Origin: a virus
Lineage: Duplodnaviria; Heunggongvirae; Uroviricota; Caudoviricetes
DNA: 64,000 nt
Strand: one strand, 5' to 3'
IMG/VR virus record: IMGVR_UViG_2839610755_000002
Part shown: positions 23,099 through 33,295 of the stretch, one piece after another
Numbering within the stretch: position 1 is the stretch's first letter
How the letters are laid out: every line of letters starts with the position of its first letter
Position numbers and translations under genes: made by a program
Notes under the pieces: model-generated
Seen by the model: the letters and a program-made list of their open reading frames with translations, nothing else
Told to the model about the DNA's origin: nothing
Database searches by the model: none

Positions 23099-23462
23099 AC
23101 AATCTACGTAACGTGGCGGCGACAGAAGATACAGATATCTCGCCAGTCGCAGCCCCTACGGTAAGGTCTGCCAGTTCAGGTGAATCAAATACCTGCACCC
23201 CGTTACGGCGTAGAAATAACAGCGCACTGTTTAGCGCGGTACGCTTATTGGCATCATTGAATATATGCCCTCTCGCCGTAGCCACCAGGTAGGTGGCGGA
23301 GACTTCGAAAAGGTCGGTGATCTCTTCGTAGGCAACTCTGGCCTGAACTCTCCCGATAATGGCCTCTGCCCTACCCGGATCTGACATTCCCGGCAGGCCG
23401 CCGTAGCGGCTTATATTCGCATCATGAAGCGCAATAAGTTCTTCCGGTGATATATGCCTCAT
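23082..23462 (-). CDS. doc: Doc toxin (Fic-fold kinase)
   Basis: 126 aa with Fic-like motif [11 protein letters not shown]; matches recalled P1 Doc. Confidence 0.92.
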
Positions 23463-23683
23463 TATCGGTTAACCAGTTCCTTGTTGGTGGAGTCCAGGGT
23501 GTCAAACAGGGATGCAAATTCAGCATCCAGCGCCGCTTTTTTGTAGGCTTCGAAAGTAGCCTTGCTGACAATTACTGCTGGCTCACGGCCTCTGCGGGTG
23601 ATTTCAACCTCTTCCCCGGCTTCAACATTGTTAAGCACTTCAGAAAGGTTGCCACGCGCGGTACGGAAGTTAATGGATTGCAT
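23462..23683 (-). CDS. phd: Phd antitoxin
   Basis: [26 protein letters not shown]...; 73 aa from the internal ATG with GAGGTG upstream; overlaps the doc start. Confidence 0.92.
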
Positions 23684-23692
23684 AAACACCTC

Positions 23693-23713
23693 GTGTACTC
23701 GTTATGTGTACAC
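23693..23713. promoter_or_regulatory. phd-doc operator palindromes (GTGTACTC ... GTGTACAC)
   Basis: Two GTGTAC-containing half-palindromes immediately upstream of phd. Confidence 0.6.
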
Positions 23714-23755
23714 AATTATAAACTTCACAGGCATAAAGCACCAGCACTTTGCAGC

Positions 23756-24145
23756 TTAAATGATCGGACAATCATCAAACTCCCCACATCGGGCATCATT
23801 GATGACATGAGTGATCACACCAAAAACAGCATTACTACCCGTGTAACCATCGTCATCTACTGGTAACGCCTCTTTCTTCCCGGTGCTTAAATCCTCCAGG
23901 TGCTGGCGCGGATACTTTCGGTATCTCTTTATGCGATATTCACCCTCCATAGCGCAGACAAGCAGCGAACCATCAACCGGAGTAAGCGAGGAATCAACCA
24001 CCAGCAAAGCACCCTGCAATATTCCCTCACGGTGATGGCTGTCTGCCGCCCGCATGAAGTAGGTCGCTGATGGATGCCTGATTAGTTGCTGATCAAGAGA
24101 AATTCTGCTTTCAACATAATCCGCCGCAGGAGAAGGGAAGCCCAT
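23756..24145 (-). CDS. humD: HumD (UmuD-like S24 peptidase)
   Basis: 129-aa ORF with a LexA box 20 bp upstream; position as P1 humD (recalled). Confidence 0.75.
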   Translation of the reverse strand: MGFPSPAADYVESRISLDQQLIRHPSATYFMRAADSHHREGILQGALLVVDSSLTPVDGSLLVCAMEGEYRIKRYRKYPRQHLEDLSTGKKEALPVDDDGYTGSNAVFGVITHVINDARCGEFDDCPII

Positions 24146-24164
24146 AGCGTTTTCACCTCAATAA

Positions 24165-24184
24165 TACTGTTCATTTACACAGTA
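24165..24184. promoter_or_regulatory. LexA (SOS) box TACTGTTCATTTACACAGTA
   Basis: CTGT-N8-ACAG palindrome with TA flanks, upstream of humD. Confidence 0.8.
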
Positions 24185-24319
24185 TACATTAAAGAGACAC
24201 CTTTGGTGCAAACGCGTTATGTACATCAACCACCGCAGATGATTTTGTGCGCTTTGCTACTATTCATCACCAACGGATCAGCGTAACCTCATTGCCAATC
24301 AGTTAATAAGGAATTAGCT

Positions 24320-24892
24320 ATGCCTAATCGCATTCCTCTCGATCCTGTATTGCCCAAAAATTTTGACTGCACTCCTAACGAGAGACGCTCTAAAGCTCAG
24401 CTGGACGCCTGGTGGGACCATCCCTATGGGGTTACAGAACATGACGGGAAAATTGTTGTTTATTGTCTGAATGGTGGCGCGTGGGACCGTCCATCCGTGC
24501 TGGGTTTGGCAAATAACTATGATGAAGCCTGTGAACTTGCCGAAAGACAGCAGGCTAGATGGGTAAAAACGCGGTCACAGCCGATATTTATGTACTCACA
24601 GGAACCTCCATTTGTGCTGGCGAGAATGCCGCAGCGACCGGATCATCAACAAGAAATTGTTGCTGAATTTTCCTCAATGGATGAGATGAATCTCTTCTCA
24701 TTAAAGCAGGAAGAAAGGGATCGCGTCGAAGTGTCTCCAACTCTCGACCACAACCGGATGAACCTGGCCCAACTCGCCTGGTACAGCAAAGAATTGGAGA
24801 TGTCTATTGCCCGGCTTGAAAACGAAAAAGCCGCTATCCAAGCCCAGCATGAAGCTGTCATTGCCAGGATACGAGAAGTTCAAAACGGTTAA
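24320..24892 (+). CDS. hypothetical protein (position of P1 lxr)
   Basis: 190-aa ORF divergent from humD. Confidence 0.4.
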   Translation: MPNRIPLDPVLPKNFDCTPNERRSKAQLDAWWDHPYGVTEHDGKIVVYCLNGGAWDRPSVLGLANNYDEACELAERQQARWVKTRSQPIFMYSQEPPFVLARMPQRPDHQQEIVAEFSSMDEMNLFSLKQEERDRVEVSPTLDHNRMNLAQLAWYSKELEMSIARLENEKAAIQAQHEAVIARIREVQNG

Positions 24893-24898
24893 CTACCG

Positions 24899-25150
24899 CT
24901 ATTTCTTTACGGCATCATCTTTCTGATATGCCGGATCGCTCCCTTTTGGCAACTGGAGGCTTAACTGCCGGTAGTGCCGTAGCCGTTCCATGAAATAGGT
25001 GCGCAGATTCTCTGGTTGATCGCGGGCTACCTGTTCAGCTATGACTGGTATGTTCAATCGCTCTTTGTACGCCACACCGCTGGCAGCCAGATCAACGTTA
25101 ACCTTATCCCGTTCTTCCTGACTTTTAGCTGCAATATTCCAGTCGCTCAT
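24899..25150 (-). CDS. hot: Hot, homolog of DNA polymerase III theta subunit
   Basis: 83 aa; [27 protein letters not shown] resembles E. coli HolE (recalled). Confidence 0.75.
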   Translation of the reverse strand: MSDWNIAAKSQEERDKVNVDLAASGVAYKERLNIPVIAEQVARDQPENLRTYFMERLRHYRQLSLQLPKGSDPAYQKDDAVKK

Positions 25151-25152
25151 AT

Positions 25153-25425
25153 TTAAGGCTCACATTTCCAGATGGTATTCTGAACACCCGAACCGGGCGC
25201 TAGATGAGGGTTAGCGTTCGCGCTATGCTGATATACTGCTTTAGACTTCCCATATTGCTGACAGGCTTTATCTGCGGTTTTTTGCAGGCTATCCAGGCCA
25301 TACCAACCATCTGACTGTATGCTTACCTTTTCACCGTCGTTGTATTGCACCATTGCACACCCAGATATAGCCAGTATCGCGCCGACAATAACGCTTTTCC
25401 ATAAAACTCTATGCAACATAGACAA
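25153..25425 (-). CDS. putative lipoprotein
   Basis: N-terminal signal with lipobox-like AISGC. Confidence 0.45.
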   Translation of the reverse strand: MSMLHRVLWKSVIVGAILAISGCAMVQYNDGEKVSIQSDGWYGLDSLQKTADKACQQYGKSKAVYQHSANANPHLAPGSGVQNTIWKCEP

Positions 25426-25997
25426 AAATCCCCTCTGTGAATTGAGGGGATTTTAGCATGGTGATCAGAGATCAGCTTTATGCAGAATTTTATCCACCAG
25501 CGATGTGATTTTTTCTGCCAGGTCATCATTACTTACCCAATCCTGGCGGGCAGCCAGAACGGGCGACAAGGCTAATATTAACTCTCGTCGTAATGATACG
25601 TTCCTTGCTACAGGCGGAATACGTGGTGCTGGTGGTGGTTTAAGCCCCTCGCTCCCTTGTATTTCTGGAGTATTCGGCTGATAGCCATTAGTTATTTTCG
25701 GCGGTATTGGACGAGGACGAAACATCGCGCTACCTCCTACACTCAGGGCAGGTGTTCCCTTCCGCAAAGTAGGGGAAACTGCTATCAAGTTCATCACACC
25801 ATCTGCGATGCTCGTAGCACCAAAAAGCCTCCCACGGTAAACCAAAAGACTTCATCCACCGGGACACTCGATCTGGTATATCTGCTGGTGGCAGTTCTTC
25901 TGGCAATAATTTGCCTGATAATTCCCTTTCCGCCCGCGCCAGCATTCCTTTTAGACTCGCATTCTCTTTTTCAAGAATCTCTATGCGCGCCTGTAAC

Positions 25998-26648
25998 TCA
26001 GCTTTCGTTGGCATGGCCCGCCTCATGCTTATCAGCCACCAGCGGCAATAAAGCCCTGGCCATCTTATGAACCAATAGTGCATCAATAATGCCAAGCGTA
26101 TGCCCCGGCTTAATGTTTAATGCCGCCTCAAGGTGACACCTTTCCAGGCCACTTTTCTCGGCTTGTTTATGATGATCTGGCGTAATAACGTCGCCCAAAA
26201 CACGGCTAATTTTTTCTCGTAATTGCTGGGTGCCAGCACACTTGATCGCTGTATCGTGGATGCGGTTAACCAGTTCGCGATAAACATGCGGCTTAATTCG
26301 GATACGTTCACCGGTGACGCCCTTTCCTGGCGCTGGCACCGAACTATCCGGAATATCCGGATAGTTGCCAGCCTCGTAAGCTACCCGCAGCCAGTGCATG
26401 AATGTTTCAGTGGACACACAACCGCAGTCCACATCGATTTTCGCGCGTTGCTGTTCCAGCCACTGCTCAAAATTCAATCTACACGTATTACTTTCATGTT
26501 GCTCTTTTTGTCTCAAGGCCAGCATCTGCTGGGCTATTTCCAATACTTCATCTGCCGTATATCCAGCACCGTGACCATACATTTCGATACGGGAAATAAT
26601 CTCTGATATACGCTCTTCAGTTATTCTGGTCATTTCTTTTTGCGCCAT
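25998..26648 (-). CDS. hypothetical protein
   Basis: 216-aa ORF; no recognisable motif. Confidence 0.35.
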   Translation of the reverse strand: MAQKEMTRITEERISEIISRIEMYGHGAGYTADEVLEIAQQMLALRQKEQHESNTCRLNFEQWLEQQRAKIDVDCGCVSTETFMHWLRVAYEAGNYPDIPDSSVPAPGKGVTGERIRIKPHVYRELVNRIHDTAIKCAGTQQLREKISRVLGDVITPDHHKQAEKSGLERCHLEAALNIKPGHTLGIIDALLVHKMARALLPLVADKHEAGHANES

Positions 26649-27004
26649 TTCTTTTCACATTCCTTAGTCCATTTTTCAATGTTCATTTTGGCAATATCAG
26701 TCATTCCATCACCTAAGAAATACTTTCTCCGGTACGTCTTGCACTTAAACCACACTACAACAGCCACCAGCCAGAAAATAAAAGGCCATACAGCAATACC
26801 AACTCCAGCCGCGATAAAGCACAATAGCCATAAATGAAGCTCTCCAACTTCTGTTTGCGGCAATATTCTTAAAGAATTAAGCAGCAGACTGAAGGAATGG
26901 TCGTATGCATTGGCGGTATAAGACATGCAATCCATATAATTAAAGTCATAGCCTGCGGCTGCCGCCCATAATGGGCGGTCAAGAAAATGTTTTAGTGTCA
27001 TCAT
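26630..27004 (-). CDS. predicted membrane protein
   Basis: 124 aa with two hydrophobic segments and a basic C-terminus; AT-rich block. Confidence 0.4.
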   Translation of the reverse strand: MMTLKHFLDRPLWAAAAGYDFNYMDCMSYTANAYDHSFSLLLNSLRILPQTEVGELHLWLLCFIAAGVGIAVWPFIFWLVAVVVWFKCKTYRRKYFLGDGMTDIAKMNIEKWTKECEKKWRKKK

Positions 27005-27010
27005 ATAAAT

Positions 27011-27304
27011 TTAAGGTTCAGACCAGTTATCTTCAATAGCAATGCTTAATCTTTGTAGCCATTCTGCTAATTTCAGCATTGCTTCTCTTTCGCTTAAACC
27101 ACGAGGAAAATCATCAAGCGAAATTGTTGGCTTGAAGCCCCCGTAATTATCCATTTCAACAGTCAGATTTTGCTCCAGCACGGTATTCCTTACGCGGCTG
27201 TTGTGTCGAAGCAAATATACTGAACGTGATTTATTGGTTTTATGGTCAAACTGATATTCGGTAAGTATCATCTGGCTTTTGCCATGACTATTACCTCTCC
27301 ACAT
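27011..27304 (-). CDS. hypothetical protein
   Basis: Track ORF 27011..27391 trimmed to the internal start MWRGNSHGK. Confidence 0.3.
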   Translation of the reverse strand: MWRGNSHGKSQMILTEYQFDHKTNKSRSVYLLRHNSRVRNTVLEQNLTVEMDNYGGFKPTISLDDFPRGLSEREAMLKLAEWLQRLSIAIEDNWSEP

Positions 27305-27311
27305 ACTTACC

Positions 27312-27434
27312 TCACTTAATAAAACAACTCCATACGTAGTTGATGATTTTTTCCCACGTAATATAAATATGCACTCCAGCAGAAAAACCAAAACCTACAA
27401 TTACTGAAAAAATCAAAACATTTACTTTTGACAT
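27312..27434 (-). CDS. very small hydrophobic protein (about 40 aa, one predicted transmembrane helix)
   Basis: Hand translation MSKVNVLIFSVIVGFGFSAGVHIYITWEKIINYVWSCFIK in an AT-rich block; below the track size cut-off; coordinates approximate. Confidence 0.25.
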   Translation of the reverse strand: MSKVNVLIFSVIVGFGFSAGVHIYITWEKIINYVWSCFIK

Positions 27435-27482
27435 TATAAATTTTCTCTCGGTGTCGTAGGTGATAGCACCATAATTGATAAT

Positions 27483-27716
27483 TTAGTGAGTTAGCAGTTC
27501 CATTTTTTGGATGATTTCCGCATGAGCATCATCGTTATCAACACTTAACTCGTTTAATGCCTCTCGCACCACATCAACTTCTTCTGGTTGGAAGAAATCA
27601 TCTCGGTAGTCACCAAATAGAACCGAAACAAGCCTGCCACCAGCAACATCAAGATTGGCGCTAACAGGTGGCTCTTTACCATCCTCAAATTCGACTACAA
27701 AAGTTATTTTTCCCAT
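27483..27716 (-). CDS. small acidic hypothetical protein
   Basis: Track ORF 27483..27734 with internal ATG preceded by GGTGG. Confidence 0.35.
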   Translation of the reverse strand: MGKITFVVEFEDGKEPPVSANLDVAGGRLVSVLFGDYRDDFFQPEEVDVVREALNELSVDNDDAHAEIIQKMELLTH

Positions 27717-27801
27717 CGTTACCACCAGCGACAAATTGAATACAAACCCAGTGCTGCCGCCATCACAATTCCTACCGTGGTGAATGCTTCAGGCCAGCTC
27801 A

Positions 27802-28062
27802 TTATCTCACCTCCAGTCTCCATACCGCCTGACCAATCCGGCTGGCATGGGTATCTTTGGATGCTGTTCCGTCTTTAGCCATCTCCATAAGAATTTTGCG
27901 CAAATCTGCCGAACGCCATTCTTCATCAGGAAATTCCTTCTCCATTGCCAACCGCAGATTCCAGGTTGCCATCCTGAATGGATATTCCCCGCCGAGAGCT
28001 TTATCTTGCAGGGCAGCCCGGGAACGCATCACCTGCAAAACCTTCTCTTTTACATCCATCAT
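27802..28062 (-). CDS. hypothetical protein
   Basis: Internal start MMDVKEK overlaps the upstream stop (ATGA), suggesting translational coupling. Confidence 0.35.
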   Translation of the reverse strand: MMDVKEKVLQVMRSRAALQDKALGGEYPFRMATWNLRLAMEKEFPDEEWRSADLRKILMEMAKDGTASKDTHASRIGQAVWRLEVR

Positions 28063-29279
28063 TTCGCCCCCTTCGGAGGTTCTGGCAACGGCATCCAGAA
28101 CAAGACGTTCCCTAACCACGATAAAGTGCCGTCGCTCAACTCCACGTATTCCCCTTGCACCTGTCCTGCCATATACTCGCCGTGCTTTGAATAAATTAAA
28201 ATCCAATCATCTTGAGGGGGCATTCGCTCACTACAGCTTATCCAACCATCCTGAGTTACCGGAAGCGAGAACGGCAGCACATCTCTGTGAACAAGTTTTT
28301 GCTGTGACAGGTTATCCAGAACTTTCTGTACTGCTGCATCACCGAATACACCAAGCGCATCTGCCATAACTCCTACAACCTGATAAGCCTCAGCGCATAC
28401 CGTGGATAAACCATCCTGAGTTACCGGAGAGTTGCCGTGTTCTTTAATGTGCAAGCGAGGTTCACCATCTTTTGGCTCAGGCCACTGGCGCTCCATGTTG
28501 ATCTTCAATTTATCTTCCATAGCAGCGGTAATTTCAGCATCGCTGATGCCAGCACGGCGCTGTGCATCCCACAACAGAAACTGCATATCAGCCCACTCGC
28601 TAAGATCGTCTGGTTCGGCTGCGGCTTCCAGTGCCTCTTTTGAGAGATGTTTCAGCGGGCCAACTGGACCAACACAGCCAAACGTCTTATCTGACCATTC
28701 AGCATGGCGCTGCCGGATTAAATTGCGCAATTGAAGCGATGATCCGTTCTCCTCTGACAACTCTTCATGATTACTTGCAGGTTCGACACCCTGAAGCATA
28801 TCCGCGCGGCAGGCGTTAAGCGCGTTTTGCACGCGTTTAGCGTTCTGTACTTCGTATTTAGGTGCGGCTGCCAATGCCCATAGCCAACCAATTTCATAGC
28901 TATCAGCTTTTGATAGAGCACATTCCATTTCCAGTGTTATTTTCTTAGGTACGAGTTGCCAATCATCTGGCACTACTGGCGCTGGCGGGGCGGTGTAAAG
29001 CGGTGTTATTTCTACCCGAAAATCACCGACTTTATGCAGTCGCCCCCACCGTTCGGCTTCTGCTTTGTCAGAATACATAGCGGTGAACGTATTATATTCA
29101 TGGTCAATTTGCGTGAAGGTTGCCTTCCACGCCACTGGCTCTGCTTCCAGCGATGCCAGCGCGATACGAAACACATTGGCAAGCAGGCTGTCTGAAGATT
29201 GGTTATCGTGCGCCGCATCGCTCAGAAAGCCAGTGATGAATGATTTAATCTCTGCGCTTTCTCTGGTAATAGTTGCCAT
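28059..29279 (-). CDS. DUF550/DUF551-like protein (MazG-like dNTP pyrophosphohydrolase-type, phage-associated)
   Basis: Start MATITRESAE with AAGGAAA upstream; C-terminal WISCSERMPP...VLFWMPLPEPPK resembles the DUF551 signature (recalled). Confidence 0.45.
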   Translation of the reverse strand: MATITRESAEIKSFITGFLSDAAHDNQSSDSLLANVFRIALASLEAEPVAWKATFTQIDHEYNTFTAMYSDKAEAERWGRLHKVGDFRVEITPLYTAPPAPVVPDDWQLVPKKITLEMECALSKADSYEIGWLWALAAAPKYEVQNAKRVQNALNACRADMLQGVEPASNHEELSEENGSSLQLRNLIRQRHAEWSDKTFGCVGPVGPLKHLSKEALEAAAEPDDLSEWADMQFLLWDAQRRAGISDAEITAAMEDKLKINMERQWPEPKDGEPRLHIKEHGNSPVTQDGLSTVCAEAYQVVGVMADALGVFGDAAVQKVLDNLSQQKLVHRDVLPFSLPVTQDGWISCSERMPPQDDWILIYSKHGEYMAGQVQGEYVELSDGTLSWLGNVLFWMPLPEPPKGAK

Positions 29280-29849
29280 ATCTGTTTCCTTATGTGGGTT
29301 AATTTTATTGTGTAGCTTCCTGAATAGTGTAGGCACCTCACTCTCCTTTAGTGCGCAAGTAGTTTTTCCAGCGGTTTTGCGCCGCGCTGCGCTTATCTCG
29401 GACTCCCTCTCTGGCAATTCCAGAAAATGAAAACAACACCACACGGCGATTGCTAACTCTCAACCACTGGCTGGGGTAGCAAAATCTGTATACACGGGAG
29501 ATAAGCATCTTAGCTTTACGGTTTTTCATCGTTTTGTTCTCCGATTAGTTCAGCCATTTTTATTACCGCCCTTTCGGGCGGCATCCCGACATTAATCGTT
29601 GTGGTAACTCATGGCTTCATTTGCAGCATCAACCGGATCAACCTCCCACCAGCAATAATTTGGGTCGGTTCCTTCAGGTGTCCACGGCTCTAATTCATTT
29701 TTTGCTACATTCTCGTCAGCAGTAATTTTAAAAATCTGCTCAGAGAATTTTTTTACCCACTCGTTATATTTTTCCGCGTTAATGGTTTTCTGTGTATTTA
29801 ACATAGATATACCTCCGGTTAAGGATTAAATTTTATTTACAGTGCTGAT

Positions 29850-30209
29850 TTAATATTCAGTTCTGGATTTTGTCGCTCTGCGTATCCGCGCTTTCGCGTT
29901 ACGCTCAATCTGAATTAGCTTTTCTATATTTTTTCGCCTTTCCTGTTCCTCCTGGCGCAATAGTTTTACATCATCTGCCAGCCTGGTTTCTCTTTTCGCA
30001 ACAGAGAGCATCCAGTCAAATGGCTCCACAACTGCACCGCAGATTTTACAGCGGACCTGACGCTCTTTTTCATCAACCCGGACAGAGGCATGATGGCAAT
30101 ATGGTCTTTCCGATGGTTCATAAAGAAAATTAACCTGATTACGTGGGTCATCCTCTTTTACCGGAAATAAAACAATATTACTTAACTCATCTTCTGGTTT
30201 TATTTCCAT
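29850..30209 (-). CDS. small Cys-containing hypothetical protein
   Basis: Internal start MEIKPEDEL with AAGGAG upstream; CHH...CKICG motif. Confidence 0.35.
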   Translation of the reverse strand: MEIKPEDELSNIVLFPVKEDDPRNQVNFLYEPSERPYCHHASVRVDEKERQVRCKICGAVVEPFDWMLSVAKRETRLADDVKLLRQEEQERRKNIEKLIQIERNAKARIRRATKSRTEY

Positions 30210-30879
30210 GCTCTTCTCCTTTGATGTGAATGCCAGCGTCAAACATCATATGCAGCTCTCCTTTTCGAAGCTGGGCGGCTAACTCATCACATATGTGCGT
30301 CAAAGAGCAAAGTTTGATTGATGGGTGTTCGCGCATCATCTCTACCCCCTGCGCCCGAGCTTCAGCCAGGAAAGCGTCGGTGGCTGGAATTTGCGGCATC
30401 CCTCCGTCTGTTGCGCAGATATACGCATCAGATATTTCATCCTGCTGGCCATCAAACACGTAGCAACAGCCCCTGATAAACAGCTTCATTGAGGCATTCT
30501 CCACTGCCAGCGCCGTGCGATTACCATCCAGCTCTGCAATGCGCTGTTTTGCGGCATCCAGTTCAATCGACAATTTTTCCAACTGCTCTTGATGCTTCTT
30601 GTATTCCTGATATGCGTGCCAAGACTGACCTTTGCGCACACTATCAGTGATATCAGTAATCTGTTCTGGTGTTAGCGTGGTCAGTGGCTGTGATGGGAAA
30701 ATAAGCACTTTCCCGGAATCCCAATCAAAACCAGCGTGAATTGACTGAACCTCAACTGAAGGTGTTGAACCAATGCTGCCAGGCGAATGAACAACGATCG
30801 TTACATCCATATCGCGACGATGGCTGTGGTTGTTGGACAAAATACGATTCACCAACTCAGAAAATTTGGAAAATTTCAT
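30187..30879 (-). CDS. Ea22-like coiled-coil protein (paralog 1)
   Basis: Shares IPATDAFLAEARA with the 31163..31900 protein. Confidence 0.4.
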   Translation of the reverse strand: MKFSKFSELVNRILSNNHSHRRDMDVTIVVHSPGSIGSTPSVEVQSIHAGFDWDSGKVLIFPSQPLTTLTPEQITDITDSVRKGQSWHAYQEYKKHQEQLEKLSIELDAAKQRIAELDGNRTALAVENASMKLFIRGCCYVFDGQQDEISDAYICATDGGMPQIPATDAFLAEARAQGVEMMREHPSIKLCSLTHICDELAAQLRKGELHMMFDAGIHIKGEEHGNKTRR

Positions 30880-31162
30880 GCTGATTCCCCTTTCTCTGCT
30901 CTCTCCTGTCGGAACATCACTATCATCAGGTCGCCTTTTGTCGCTATCCTGGCTGTTGTACCTGGTTCAATGCGGCTAAGCTCAAATGCGTCATAGAACG
31001 CTTCTAATGCCTTCTGGCGTAGTTCCTGTTTGCGCCGTTTTTTCCACTGTTTTAGGAAAATGGAACCCAGCCATCGCCATGTACGGGACATGATGTAAAG
31101 CCAACCGAGAAGTGCCAGACCGGTATTTAGGAGCGTATCGATCGTTATTGTCGTGTCGATAT

Positions 31163-31900
31163 TCACTGGCTGCTTCCTTTGCGAATCTGTTCCGCCCATT
31201 CTTCAAGGGATTTCTCCGCATATTCACCAGACAGGCCATCAATCGGGTACGGTTCATTAGCCAACTCTTCTTTCGCTGACAAAATCATGCGTGTAACGTC
31301 GAAAACTTCACGCAAAGACTTATTGATAAATCCGTGATTGAACGCAGCAGCAAGACGGCTGGCGGTATAGTTAATCCCCTCGTTGCGTGCTTCCGCACGA
31401 ATTTCAGCCAGAAAAGCATCGGTAGCTGGAGTTTCGCTGTGGTGTAGGGCATCGTTGATAATCATTGCAGCAACACCAGCCTGCCCTGCATCCGTGACCG
31501 ACACATGCTCAAGAGTTACGGCCATTGCGTGTTTCAGCCCGGCGTTCTCTGCCACCAGCGCCGCGAGATTAGTCTCAAGCTCTGAAATTCGGCACGTGGC
31601 ATCAATATTTGTGTCCTCCAAGCACTTAATTTCACCAAGCAGCTCCAGTGCAACCTTTGGGTTGAACGCGGCAACATGACGAGCGTTGTTCTCTGCATTT
31701 TTCTGTCCATCAAAGCCGGTCCATTTGATAACGTCTTCACATCGTTCATCACCGGGCGTGTGCACCGCATACGTACCAGTACCCGGCGAAATAAATGCGA
31801 CCCATTCGCCCTGTGTTGCCTGTTTTGCTATCTCACGCAGTGCCCGGTAATTAATTTCGCTCACTGGCTGCCTCCTTTGCGGAGTTGCGCTTCGATGCAC
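31163..31900 (-). CDS. Ea22-like coiled-coil protein (paralog 2)
   Basis: Shares TPATDAFLAEIRAEA with the 30187..30879 protein. Confidence 0.4.
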   Translation of the reverse strand: MHRSATPQRRQPVSEINYRALREIAKQATQGEWVAFISPGTGTYAVHTPGDERCEDVIKWTGFDGQKNAENNARHVAAFNPKVALELLGEIKCLEDTNIDATCRISELETNLAALVAENAGLKHAMAVTLEHVSVTDAGQAGVAAMIINDALHHSETPATDAFLAEIRAEARNEGINYTASRLAAAFNHGFINKSLREVFDVTRMILSAKEELANEPYPIDGLSGEYAEKSLEEWAEQIRKGSSQ

Positions 31901-32379
31901 GAAAAAAAAGACTCCCGAGTATGACTGTTAAGAGCTGGTGCGAACGCCGCGTTAAGAACGGCAGCATCACAGCCGTCATCAATATAGAGCGCAATTTTTT
32001 TCTCCAGGCGCGCTTTGGCTTCCTGCAACTGCATACCCCGGCACGCACGCGGGATATAATCAGCAATTTGAGCGATAGCTTTTTCGTTCTGTTTAAACAT
32101 GCTTCACCTCGATAGGCTTGATGGTGTCTAACAGCAGTCGACGGCGCGTATTTTCTGCAAAGTGGCGGCGTCCGGTATCTTTGTGGTAAAACTCATTTTT
32201 GCCGACGACCCACATCCGCTCTGTTTGGTGCAGTTTTTTTACCTGCGGCCCGTCTTTGGTGATCACGGTGCCGGTATGGGTTTTTACGATTGTCATGCCA
32301 CTACCTCTTCGAACAGATGAACGAGACAGGCCGATGCTCGTCCACCTGAAAAACTGACGATTTGATGCATACTCACGGT

Positions 32380-32844
32380 TTATTCCTGAATGCGCTTAAA
32401 CTCGATTACCCACACCAAGGGATTAGCGTTCCAGCTTTCTTCACCATAGATGGATTCCCACAGGCGCTGGAACGCAACCTTGGCCATTGCGAAATCCCCC
32501 TTGGGAGTAAGGAATGTTCCCGGGTGATCAGGAAGCAAACTCCCAGCAGGCGGAACGCCCTCAGCCCTTGCATCGCATTCGCTGATATCGTTCAACCGTT
32601 CAACGCGCACGTTGGTAATTTCCAACAGAATGCGTGATGCCCATCGCGGCATGTGAATTGATGGACGCCACCCACCATCAAACTTTTCATTCACAGTGTG
32701 AGGTTTCCAGTCGGCATCATCGGGTATCGACCATAAGCCGTAATCACCAGGTTTTTGCTCGCAACTGGCCCGATAAATCCTTGCTGCGTTCTTCTCATCG
32801 CCACGACAAAGGTTGTCGTTCCAGTACACTGCAACCATCCTCAT
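32380..32844 (-). CDS. hypothetical protein
   Basis: 154-aa ORF overlapping the 3' end of 32795..33100 in another frame. Confidence 0.3.
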   Translation of the reverse strand: MRMVAVYWNDNLCRGDEKNAARIYRASCEQKPGDYGLWSIPDDADWKPHTVNEKFDGGWRPSIHMPRWASRILLEITNVRVERLNDISECDARAEGVPPAGSLLPDHPGTFLTPKGDFAMAKVAFQRLWESIYGEESWNANPLVWVIEFKRIQE

Positions 32845-33100
32845 TGCCTAATATCGCCAACGCTTCACGGACCCATATGCGATCACCAACGTTACCGAAC
32901 GGGCATAAACCATGTTCAGGTGCATCCATAACGTGGGTATAGACACCATTGCGTTTCTTTGTCGGTTTACGGATAACCAGGCAGTTATCGGCCCTGACAT
33001 TTTTTACAGGTCGGCGAGTCTGCGTCTTCCTTCCTTCAAGGATGGCCCGGACCATCTCATCGTTGAAAATCATGCCGCGCTCTTTCACTTCGCCTTTCAT
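32795..33100 (-). CDS. hypothetical protein
   Basis: 101-aa ORF; first gene downstream of the operator-like site at 33279. Confidence 0.3.
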   Translation of the reverse strand: MKGEVKERGMIFNDEMVRAILEGRKTQTRRPVKNVRADNCLVIRKPTKKRNGVYTHVMDAPEHGLCPFGNVGDRIWVREALAILGNEDGCSVLERQPLSWR

Positions 33101-33278
33101 GCATCCCCCTTACCCATGTGCGACGATGCCGCCAAAAGTGATAGAGAACAGCCAGAAATAGATCGCGGCCATAATGATTTTGAATGCCGTGTTCATATTT
33201 TCAGCTCCTGTGATTGATTGGATACATGCCGCGCCTTGCGGCATGTTTTTATTTTCACTTCCCCTGCCTTAAAAATCA

Positions 33279-33295
33279 AGATTTATTAGAGCAAT
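33279..33295. promoter_or_regulatory. C1 operator-like site
   Basis: AGATTTATTAGAGCAAT, 16/17 match; overlaps the stop of the HAD-like gene and precedes the next minus-strand operon. Confidence 0.55.
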
